Position numbers and translations under genes: made by a program
Shown: positions 49,901-56,055 of the stretch, in pieces
How the letters are laid out: each line of letters begins with the position of its first letter
How positions within the stretch are numbered: the first letter of the stretch is position 1
The notes under the pieces: generated by a model
Told to the model about the DNA's origin: nothing
Database searches by the model: none
What the model saw: only the letters and a program-made list of their open reading frames with translations
Origin: Hormiphora californensis
Lineage: Eukaryota; Animalia; Ctenophora
Assembly: GCA_020137815.1 (NCBI GenBank)
Contig: CM035359.1
Span: 5,022,001-5,086,000 of the forward strand
DNA length: 64,000 bases
Direction of reading: 5' to 3'

Positions 49901-50427
49901 CTGCTGACCAAGGGCACCATCTGTTCTCATCAGCCGGGCCTTACCCCGGAGGTAGCTGGACTATCCCAGCAGTCGAAGGTGAGAGTAAGTTGAGAACATG
50001 AATCATGCTGCCAGACCAAACCCAAAGAACCGAGACAAACCCCGCAAAACCAACCTCCAAACCAAACAGCCAGCAAACCTCCACCAAACCTCCAAACCTC
50101 CACCAACCTCCAAACCTCCAACAACCTCCAAACCTCCACCAAACCTCCCCCAACCTCCAAACCTCCAAACCTAAACGCAACCTAACCACACCTAACTCCG
50201 CCAAACACCAAGAGATCCGGAACAGCGGAAAGACCGAGACCCTCCGTCCACTAAGATGGTAAATGTGGACACTCGCCAGAAACCGAGACTCAGATCGAAC
50301 TCATCAGCCGTAAACTTATATCCATATTTGGGCATGTGATAACACCATATTTGGTACCTACCGAATGTGTCAACAGTAACAGTTTCCTTCCAGTTGTCGA
50401 TAGTGGTACTGCATGTAAACGTCTCAT
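1224..50427 (-). CDS. Large multi-exon type I membrane protein (multiple Ig-like domains, sushi/CCP-like modules, FN3-like region, TM helix, short tail); 5' end not found in the window; host of nested genes
   Basis: Exons joined by hand with GT-AG boundaries and consistent phase, in transcription order: 50362-50427 (DETFTCSTTIDNW), 45634-45736 (ILTCSVSG), 44525-44596, ~44060-44211 (VFKCEITH), ~43651-43825, further exons at 42.2-43.5 kb (GDTATLTCVA, GDTVALSCTAG..KWG), 41883-42034, 41621-41740, 41321-41450, ~41113-41176, ~40921-41037 (ILTITG..FRCSA), 40181-40310, 35012-35085, ~34720-34821 (TYTCTL), two exons at 34.3-34.6 kb, ~33858-34012 (SLNISSVTVTEEGKYTC), ~33523-33645 (AVFKCRA..YQW), six more at 31.2-33.4 kb, 30858-30952, 25334-25414, 25132-25205, 24962-25070 (GTVIDILCARKYLL..YTC..LPAC), 13569-13675, 8196-8376 or 4780-4960, 7373-7495 or 4251-4373, 3955-4049, 3659-3736, 3395-3500 (DLSANMTYYV), 2678-2818, 2201-2388, 1787-1909, 1461-1597 (TM: LAVVFGLIGLVIIVLVIVYCIV), 1224-1290 (KIFGKNHAETSAVFKNPIGGY*). 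Confidence 0.85.
1927..2070. repeat. 21-bp intronic tandem repeat (GTTAGGAGAGAGAATGGGGGT)
   Basis: Read directly. Confidence 0.9.
2878..3170. repeat. 66-bp intronic tandem repeat rich in GGTAACC/GGTTACC
   Basis: 22-aa periodicity in spurious ORFs 2655-3146 and 2734-3180. Confidence 0.88.
4340..4571. repeat. 46-bp tandem repeat (5 units) spanning a host 3' splice site
   Basis: Unit GGGTTAGTGGGGGTTAACACAGTAGTACTTGAAGGAGTCATCTATA. Confidence 0.92.
5446..6326. mobile_element. Foldback MITE with ~390-bp inverted arms and a TA target duplication (Tc1/mariner-like), inserted in a (TACA)n tract of an older repeat
   Basis: TA|CCGTGTGCGGCAAAA...TTTTGCCGCACACGG|TA; mirror ORFs 5606+ and 6165- in the track reflect the arms. 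Confidence 0.9.
7118..8599. repeat. Near-tandem duplicate of ~3990-5155 including two complete host exons and part of a third
   Basis: Identical 69-aa track ORFs at 4802 and 8218. The copy has scattered SNPs, a ~110-bp extra segment (~8080-8190) and many 1-bp deletions in 7118-7372. Confidence 0.9.
7462..7872. repeat. Same 46-bp tandem repeat (about 9 units) in the duplicated block
   Basis: Same unit, more copies. Confidence 0.92.
8934..12760 (+). CDS. LDLa-repeat class-A GPCR (GRL101/RXFP-like 7TM, no LRRs), interrupted by two apparent frameshifts; pseudogene or assembly error; nested in host intron 8377-13568
   Basis: Signal-peptide ORF 8934-9140 shifts frame near 9115 into ORF 9127-11805 (LDLa motifs CDLVDDCGDGSDEEEC, CDRKIDCKDFSDEC; TM1-5; FYGNDPVC). 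It shifts again near 11770 into 11714-12760 (TDFCCWMP, PLNSVLNPVLY). Colinear with the intact paralog at 59198-62245. Confidence 0.85.
11990..12735 (+). repeat. Coding tandem repeats (12-48 bp units) forming the acidic C-tail of the first LDLa-GPCR
   Basis: PEDVTDVAPEDA and PKDAPGVPSEDATNVA repeats. Confidence 0.9.
13826..24792. repeat. ~11-kb satellite, 34-bp monomer TTAGAGATAAGGAGGGTCAAAGTGGGAAAGTTTC (~320 copies) with ~1-kb higher-order repeats, filling host intron 13676-24961
   Basis: Period of 34 read directly; diagnostic variants recur at ~0.83-1.28 kb spacing. Confidence 0.97.
26723..26986 (+). repeat. (TTTCTC)n then (TC)n microsatellite directly upstream of the second LDLa-GPCR
   Basis: Read directly. 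Confidence 0.97.
27005..30253 (+). CDS. LDLa-repeat class-A GPCR (GRL101/RXFP-like, no LRRs), 2 exons (27005-29591, 29715-30253); nested in host intron 25415-30857
   Basis: Signal peptide, LDLa motifs (CDGHPDCNNGGDE, CNLKADCGDGSDERNC, CDGVVNCRDFSDEC) and 7TM with TDFFCWVP and PINSVINPLLY. A 123-nt GT..AG intron at 29592-29714 joins ..DNAG-IPSSTVHFYGNDGVC in frame. Confidence 0.92.
33718..33829. mobile_element. 112-bp hAT-type MITE
   Basis: TIR CAGGAACCGACCGAA...TTCGGTCGGTTCCTG, perfect 8-bp TSD GTAATTCC (33710-33717, 33830-33837). Confidence 0.92.
35578..35812. mobile_element. Near-palindromic ~235-bp MITE with TA ends
   Basis: TAGTAGGAGCGCTTAGATCACGTGCAAAAGTCG ... CGACTTTTGCACGTGATCTAAGCGCTCCTACTA. 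Confidence 0.85.
37862..38325. repeat. GA-rich low-complexity / (GA)n tract
   Basis: Read directly. Confidence 0.9.
38482..38950. mobile_element. MITE with TTAA target duplication and AG..CT termini (Kolobok-like)
   Basis: TTAA|AGTGAGAGTGGACCGAATCAGAATTGGACAAGTTTG...CAAACTTGTCCAATTCTGATTCGGTCCACTCTCACT|TTAA; ~110-bp imperfect arms. Confidence 0.88.
39014..39831 (+). CDS. Small secreted F5/8-type C / F-type-lectin-like domain protein, 3 exons (39014-39047, 39282-39593, 39668-39831); nested in host intron 35086-40180
   Basis: Phase-1 GT-AG joins give MLVFLTAVLAKVASGG..FAIDRNFSTMY..LLLTLAQECRVSDVKIY..NCGSIDVND..RSCQNILASMVKL..LVEVYVYG..TGK*, which has the AID(G)N / V..V.I / EV.VYG pattern. The exact start exon is uncertain. 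Confidence 0.65.
40315..40818. repeat. Intronic minisatellite of 12-bp-type units (GTGTTTAGGGA/GTTTGAAGA)
   Basis: Read directly. Confidence 0.9.
42355..42570. repeat. (AAAC)n microsatellite forming most of a host intron
   Basis: Read directly. Confidence 0.92.
42920..43000 (+). other. tRNA-derived SINE head or tRNA pseudogene
   Basis: A-box TAGCTTAGTGG and B-box GGTTCAATTCC at tRNA-like spacing; acceptor and anticodon stems are poor. Confidence 0.55.
44722..44924. mobile_element. ~200-bp MITE-like inverted repeat (~70-bp arms)
   Basis: ATTATACCAAAACTAATTAAAATTAGTAGGCCGGAAAGG... / ...CCTTTCCGGCCTACTAATTTTAATTAGTTTTGGTATAAT. Confidence 0.8.
44965..45625. repeat. Dispersed repeat; an inverted, diverged copy lies at ~5270-5400 plus ~6345-6860, split by the MITE
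   Basis: Reverse-complement matches, e.g. ACCAAGTTTGAGATCGATTGGA / TCCAATCGATCTCAAACTTGGT and ATCGTCATATCTATTTT / AAAATAGATATGACGAT. Confidence 0.75.
45822..46151. repeat. 330-bp direct repeat, 3' copy relative to the retrotransposon ORF
   Basis: TAAGTTGAGAAC...CAGCCGTAAAC, apparently identical to 49986-50315; contains a (CCTCCAAA)-like degenerate array. Confidence 0.95.
46388..49711 (-). CDS. Retrotransposon polyprotein: N-terminal Zn finger, reverse transcriptase, CCHC knuckle, PD-(D/E)xK restriction-like endonuclease
   Basis: CVCGKEFTSQRGRNIH; RT motifs GRPISL, QKGG, LDLANAYGAVPH, GIFMGCVISVILF, FMDD, KFLGR; CKLC..HILTGC; RWRHD; RPDLVV..WELTCPAEE..KIERY. No internal stops. Confidence 0.95.
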   Translation of the reverse strand: MTRAKDYSRVPSTTGGESKEVNAEAFRCVCGKEFTSQRGRNIHRGKMKCLLKVDGATQGPGPVSSGGEFGPVDNHSAEDTTALLKMNTELVPPTARNRRVNWPSGTDSRWKEYEDSVSERLRDGQAGCLYQDKMDVHCTVVYEVGLEMFGLVEVKKGGRKEPFRSRRCRLIESLVAERRVVRAERKVGWEGKVREIASQLSKLRNAERRRENERERKRQRGLFKRSPFKAVKEILEPSPVGELRCSKDQLDQHLQTTYGDPERGKALGVLAGLPDFAPEPEVAFNMKPISWKEHQSVVEKARARSAPGPNAIPYLVYKRCPKISRNLWNLNKSAFKYRRYPENCRWFEGVYIPKGEGDFTPATGRPISLGNVQGKIYLGTLARRLTEFVVENGYVDRRIQKGGVPGVSGCVEHFGAMWETLKDARIMRRDLSVVWLDLANAYGAVPHLLIVKALRFYRVPQPIVDIVLSYFSGVFGRFSSREVTSNWQQFEVGIFMGCVISVILFVLCMNMVSEYLAIKIPRSVAYVKDGTPVPPLKLFMDDSCLVTATQSDMQVMLSVFGEFVEWARFTVKSSKSRALVLEGGKVVESVSLSFGGETIPNVTEKPIKFLGRWIRADVRDTVAIEETARQLKLWMGRLDESGLSGLEKCWGYQYLVLPKMKWPLAIYDTPLTTVAAWEQSVNSFLRKWLGGGHTLSRLCLFNSESSVRLPLNSLLDTWKVEKCRLQQTYSSSQDEVILALQPLVRSGRKWKAGEELEEAVSDVRCDAVRGMIPPYPRAGIGFGEWRKPWEKLSDSERRGVVIERVRERLDQVRTVETMQLEVQGMWLAWREDVVSMELSWRSLFDMKEGMVGFILRAVYGTLVVPSLAKKWKEGEDGLCKLCGDAPGSIRHILTGCKVALGQGRYRWRHDKVLRQIGEQVQFHCEVRANAASRSTRGSRSIEFVAEGKKGKKKGKKRVSGCGILSGAKDWVVLSDIGSQLKFPAEIAQTRLRPDLVVFSREVKTVIWWELTCPAEERIGDAHTLKIERYTDLERECESNGWRCFNMAVEVGARGQVADSLVRAASRLGFRGRGLRKLVKDTGKEAAHCSMWIYFHSAKKEWEYRNVE
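49986..50315. repeat. 330-bp direct repeat, 5' copy relative to the retrotransposon ORF
   Basis: Same sequence as 45822-46151 at an offset of 4164; both copies yield the same 85-aa spurious ORF in the track. Confidence 0.95.
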
Positions 50428-50795
50428 CTAGGAAGGAATAAAATAATGATCGAGAAATTGCAATAAATACTTTTAATACTTTCACTTTCGACCCGAAGAA
50501 AAAAAGACAAAAATTAACCATGCTCATTTTTTTTCATGCTCGGAGGTGGGCATGCCCGTATAATTTAGGTTTGAGGCATCGACCTGAAATTTTGTAGGCG
50601 TGTCCTCCTAAAAAAATAGTATATATACTGGTTCCCTCGTTATATAAAAATAGTTTTTTTTAAATCAACTTTTTAATATCTGATTTTTGACAATTTTTCA
50701 TCAGCATTTTAATTTTTGCATCGTGCTAATTTTCAAGAAATTTCCAATATTTCTCAAAAACCGCGGTAATATATCATGGATGTATTCCTATAATA

Positions 50796-51684
50796 ACGTG
50801 TTGGGCAAAAAAAATGTCCCCCCTAGACTAGCATAGTTCCAGAATCCAGATATCGTAGAGCTCTAAAATTTTACACAGTTACTCTATGGAACAAATAAAT
50901 AAGTTCCACAAAATTTCAGACTTTTAGCTCAAAGTTCATTTTTTTGATCGGAATGAACATTGTTATTCATTCCAAAAAACATGATTTTTCGGTCCAGAAG
51001 CCAAGTAATTGTCTTTGGCTCTCGATTTTCTTTCAAATGCGACCAAGAAAAGCCAAAACGGACAACCACAAGGCACACAGTGGTCATGTTTCTGACAGTT
51101 AGTCAGGTCATGTGATCCCCATCGAATCGTGAGTTGCTAATCAGGCTTAGTCTAGTGGGGAAGAATCACGTATCACAGTCGCTAATGAGGGATGTGTATC
51201 GAAAAAGCGACATGTGATTCGGGAGCACTTGGGTAAAGAGGCCACTTGTTAATGAGCTTCGGATCTCATGACCAATAGTCATCGTCATCCCTCATTAGCA
51301 GCTGTGATACGTGATTCTCCACCATTAAGCCTGATTAGCAATTCTGAATAAATTACACGATTCAGTGGGGATCACATGACCTGACGAACTGTCAGAAACA
51401 TGACCACTGTGTGCCTTGTGGTTGTCCGTTTTGGCTTTTCTTGGTCGCATTTGAAAGAAAATCGAGAGCCAAAGACAATTGCTTGGCTTCTGGACCGAAA
51501 AATCATGTTTTTTGGAATGAATAACAATGTTCATTCTGATCAAAAAAATGAACTTTGAGCTAAAAGTCTGAAATTTTGTGGAACTTATTTATTTGTCCCA
51601 TAGAGTAACTGTGTAAAATTTTAGAGCTCTACGATATCTGGAACTATGCTAGTCTAGGGGGGACATTTTTTTTGCCCAACACGT
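50796..51684. mobile_element. Foldback MITE related to 5446-6326
   Basis: ACGTGTTGGGCAAAA..CTAGACTAGCATAGTTCCAGA ... TCTGGAACTATGCTAGTCTAG..TTTTGCCCAACACGT; shares GAATGAACATTGT and CATCGTCATCCCTCATTAG with the 5.4-kb element. Confidence 0.88.
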
Positions 51685-52424
51685 ATATAGGTATCTTATG
51701 CTTGACAGCGAGCGAGAATTTTTAAGGCGGTATCAGATGCAGATATCACTGCATGTACAATATGAATTTACGCCCATTATAGGCCCATAATGGTGCGTCT
51801 CGCATGTGTTATCTCGATTTTCAAAAACATGCTAGAGACATGCGGTTTTCACTAAGGTTTTAGTTAGCCATCAAGGAGTATCCTTTTTGTGAAAATCCCT
51901 GCTGTTCTCTCCCACTTTAACATGATTGTTGTACGAAAGAGAGAGGGAGAGAAAGTCATGACGATGAAAAACCTGCTGTGGCAACCATCATGTAACTCGA
52001 TCCTATAATAAGAGTTCCGAGTTTTTCGCCACACGAGTTCCATGTTGTTGATCTATAACCGAACCCTCACAGAGAGACGGTGTGAGCCATGACACATTCA
52101 TAGAGTTCAGCTGTCTATGAAACGGTCAGTTTGTGTAATGTGTAGCTCACTTGCAGTTCCTCATTTAAAGTATAGATATATCAGTAAACGACTGCACGGG
52201 ATTCGTCCAAAATGACCGAACTGGACGCCGGGATTTTCCTTAGATTTTATAGATCCTCCTAGATAAAAGAGTTTTGGTTTTCTAATTATATCTCCCTCTC
52301 TCTATCTCTCTTTCTCTATCTCGAGACGAATCCAACGCAACCGGAAGTTCCTGAGTAACTGCTTCTTGCTCGCATAGGATAGCATTTTGTATTTGTTTTT
52401 TAATATCGCAACTTTTCCAGGATT

Positions 52425-53513
52425 ATGGACGCTGATACAACGGACTTCTTTGAAAGTTTTCAGGCTAATTTGGCCTCCAAGGCACCCCCTGATGACCCAC
52501 TGAGAATCAAGATCGGAGAGACAGTGCTTACAATTATAACTCTTCTCACATGTATCATTGGTCTACCCATTGCCACTCTTCAGGGTTACTTCCTATTTCG
52601 TGTTGCCAAGGAACGGACCCTCAGCTATAGTATTTACCGTGCAATATGGCTAGTGGATTTCTTGGTCATCTTGTGGAATATCCCTGTAGCAACAGTTTAT
52701 GTGAGGGGCCGACAAACAACAGACACGGCCTTTGTTCTAAGCGATGGTCTAGGTTGTGCCCTGTGGACAATCGGATGGAGATCGCTAATTCGGGTGTCTA
52801 TCTTTAACCTCGCAGTGCTTAGTATAACCAGGACCTACTCACTGGTTCGACCATTCTCCCAACCACCCAGAGTTCGAGTTGTCATGGCAACCATTGTGGT
52901 GTATAGTCTGCTGGTCCTAACGCAGTCCACCATCCCTCTCTGGTTCGGGGCGACATTTAAGTATATGTGGTGGTATGTGGAGTGTGTGGAGTCCTTTTCC
53001 AACACCACCACTTTAAACTCCAACTCGTACTATGGAGTTTACTGGAATGCAGCCGAGTTTATCCAATTTATTGTTCCCATGGTAGTGGTGTTAGTGAGCT
53101 GTGGGGTAACCATAGCAACTTTGTGGTCAAATAGGGCGGCGTCAACCTCCAGTGATATGATTCGAAATCAAGCTACAACAACCATCCTAGGTCTAACTGG
53201 GATTTACATTTTCTTTAACACCCCCGTTGTTATTTACTGGGTTGTGGCAGTAGTCAACACCAAACTACCCGATTCCAATATTTTGGCACCGTTTTTCAAG
53301 GTTTTTGATGGTCCAACGGATGGTTGGTTCATGTACTACCATCTGGCAAACTACAGCGTTAACTACAGTGTTGGGTTAAACTCCATGGCTAACATTATAA
53401 CGTGGAGCTGTAGGTCTCGTCCAATGAAGCTCTGGATTGTTAGCTCTGGTAGATCAGTGAGTAGGAGGATCAATGTGCAGCAGCAATGCACAGCACAAAT
53501 CTATAGAAGCTAG
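52425..53513 (+). CDS. Intronless orphan rhodopsin-like (class A) GPCR, 362 aa
   Basis: Seven hydrophobic segments, TM3 Cys (GCALW), TM3 end LAVLSITRTYSLVRPF (DRY replaced by TRT), TM6 IFFNTP, TM7 LNSMAN. Confidence 0.88.
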   Translation: MDADTTDFFESFQANLASKAPPDDPLRIKIGETVLTIITLLTCIIGLPIATLQGYFLFRVAKERTLSYSIYRAIWLVDFLVILWNIPVATVYVRGRQTTDTAFVLSDGLGCALWTIGWRSLIRVSIFNLAVLSITRTYSLVRPFSQPPRVRVVMATIVVYSLLVLTQSTIPLWFGATFKYMWWYVECVESFSNTTTLNSNSYYGVYWNAAEFIQFIVPMVVVLVSCGVTIATLWSNRAASTSSDMIRNQATTTILGLTGIYIFFNTPVVIYWVVAVVNTKLPDSNILAPFFKVFDGPTDGWFMYYHLANYSVNYSVGLNSMANIITWSCRSRPMKLWIVSSGRSVSRRINVQQQCTAQIYRS

Positions 53514-54832
53514 ATTGTACAAGACGTACTATTATGAGTTATGATATATGGCTCCTAGTTGACTATGGAACCTTATAATGATTTAGATATGATAGATAGA
53601 TCAATGATGAACTAATTGTCAAATCAGTCGACCACTGCATATAATACCGGGTTCTCTATGTGGCGGATAATCCAGAAAACTGTAATAATGAACTATGGAA
53701 GAGTTAGCATTTAGCATTTTGATCTATTGTCGATCTAGGGTAGATCACGTTTTCGAAATGTCGATTAAGCGTTTTTAGCTGTTATAATGTGCTAAAATGG
53801 CATGAATTATAGGCTATCCGACCGTGTCATAGTATTCAAGTTACAATATATGTTATGCTGGTACCATTACTTTGCTAAAAAATTCAAATATTTTTCTGTC
53901 TCTATACTCTTAAACTGCGTCAAATGCCGTTCGGCGTTCATTTCCTTTATCGGGGGAAGATTACCTTCCCGGTAAATCGGGGGACTGGTGAATCGGACCG
54001 GCTGCAATGAGCACTATATACCATTATCTTATCAAAATCGGTAAAGAAATAGGAACTTATTTTCTTCCTGTATGCACATTTCTATTGTATCTCGCTAAAC
54101 CTTTTCATCTCACAAAGCGGGATTTTGGTGCTAACAAAATAAAAAACGGGGGTTGAACAGCAATAAATCGGATATATAACACATTTAAAATACATGAATA
54201 AATAAATATTAAATATTGAACTAGCCTGGATTTTTGAAAGTCATAAATATTAAGCTATAGCAGATCTGTGAAACATGATGTTCTTCAAAGCATTTAAGTA
54301 GCATTTTTTAATTGTTATTCTTTCATGTCTTATATGTAGTTTGTTATTTGTAAATAAAGTCCGCTTGAGAGAACTATTCTTTTTTTTGTTTCCTTTTATC
54401 CTCTTTTTTTCTCCACACGTAACCCACTGTTGTTCAACAATTCGGCCAGGCACTGTCATATATGTGAATCATATTTGAACGAATAGGGCTGTGCAGCTTA
54501 TTGATTTTATTCTTCGCAATAAATTAACGTTAAATTATATGCAGCCTATTAGTATAGCCGTATACATATTGTACAGTCAAATATTAAAATCTCAATCGAA
54601 TTAGATCTAAAAGGGTAGGGATGGTCGCTGAATAAGAGGGTCATGACTCTCCAATGAACTATCCATACTTGAGATATAATCGTCTGGGCTAGGGAGTGGG
54701 GTACGCAAAAGTGTCTGAATACTTCCTGAACAGATTCGCTTGGTGAGAACGTCATTTGAAAGGCCAGTCTTTTTAGAGAGTCTAGTCAGCAGATACCTCA
54801 ATACCGCATTTTAGAGCTAGTCAGCAGATACC

Positions 54833-55825
54833 TCAATACCGCATTACCTTTCTCCGGAATGTTCTGGCATTCTTTGTAAAGGTGAGGTAGAGGAGTCCGT
54901 TGATGAGGGAGGCTGTTGTTGGCCACAAATTATGCCCCAGATAAGATCCTATAAATGGGGTCATTAAAGTATCCAATTCCACCGTAGATTGCATGTCCTT
55001 CAGCCTGTAGGCGAATGGCTTAGCCACTGCAGAGTAAATGAAGAAACCCATTGAGACAGTGCTATTGAAGTTAAGCAGGGATATCTTGATTGTGCCATTT
55101 AGAGAGCGCTTCTGCCCACCAATGGGATGCTTGTAAAGCCATATCAGGTATGCGAGTGTTAAAAACGTTGAAGTCATGCCAAGAAAATTAATCAAGGCAA
55201 TTGATGAGAAGAGGAGGTAGACAAAATAAAATGGGACGTTCCCCCTCGCGAGGGAGGGGAAATCAATACCGAAGACAGCAGGTTTCAGGGTGTATGGCCA
55301 GCCCTTGCTGACCAAGTAGGCTATGTAGAGGGGTGGGTAGAGGATAGAAAACATAGTGCCCAGCAGGATGTATTTTAATGGTAAGTGTGCGAAGGGCCAC
55401 CGAATTTGAATGAATCGCACGGTTGCGAAAATGGCTGTTATCATAATTGGAGCATACTGCAAAGTATAGACCATTAATGATACGGATAGGTCGAAGATAC
55501 TTGGAGTGTTACTTTTTGTATACAGAATATAGTAGTCCTCGCACAGCAAACCCGAAATGTTAAACGTGAGGAAATTCTCCATACTGCAACTGGGATCTTT
55601 GTCAGTCCAAAGGGCGGATAGTGCTACCGGAGAAAGGACTACACTGGAAAGCAGGTCTGAGCATGCAAGGATTATGTAAAGACATTGAGAAATGGAATAT
55701 CTTTTGTAGTAGTTGTGCCGGATTACCATTGCGTTTAAAGGGGCAGATATCAGCGTCAAGACAGCCAGAATCTGGAAGACACCAAAGTCAGGAAAGGTTG
55801 TTTTTCCTTCACTGAAAATTGCCAT
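54833..55825 (-). CDS. Intronless orphan rhodopsin-like (class A) GPCR, 330 aa
   Basis: TM1 PLN, TM2 LACSD, TM3 end IFATVRFIQIRWPF, TM7 SLINGLLY; about seven hydrophobic segments. Convergent with 52425-53513. Confidence 0.85.
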   Translation of the reverse strand: MAIFSEGKTTFPDFGVFQILAVLTLISAPLNAMVIRHNYYKRYSISQCLYIILACSDLLSSVVLSPVALSALWTDKDPSCSMENFLTFNISGLLCEDYYILYTKSNTPSIFDLSVSLMVYTLQYAPIMITAIFATVRFIQIRWPFAHLPLKYILLGTMFSILYPPLYIAYLVSKGWPYTLKPAVFGIDFPSLARGNVPFYFVYLLFSSIALINFLGMTSTFLTLAYLIWLYKHPIGGQKRSLNGTIKISLLNFNSTVSMGFFIYSAVAKPFAYRLKDMQSTVELDTLMTPFIGSYLGHNLWPTTASLINGLLYLTFTKNARTFRRKVMRY

Positions 55826-56055
55826 AGTTGTCTGAAAGGCATGTGATTATCTGCATTATTGTGTCATGAATGATGTTATCAAACAGTCAAACACAATGTT
55901 TAAAAACTAGTAGTCGACTGTATAAAAGCATAACATATTAACATAATATAAAATAAATTAATAATATGTATTACTATTCAATCACTCGTTGTATTTACTC
56001 GTTGTATTTATTCGTTGTTTATGCTTGTATAACATATTTACATGTATTTTTTAGC

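Larger units (their letters stand above)
45822..50315 (-). mobile_element. Full-length non-LTR retrotransposon with restriction-like endonuclease (HERO-like, R2 group) bounded by 330-bp direct repeats, inside host intron 45737-50361
   Basis: Single long ORF plus UTRs. Identical repeats at 45822-46151 and 49986-50315. Removing the element leaves a ~131-bp intron. Confidence 0.9.

Noticed and set aside
45822-50315. LTR retrotransposon
   Set aside because: No gag, protease, RNase H or integrase, and no TG..CA ends or PBS/PPT; the RT and RLE motifs are non-LTR type.
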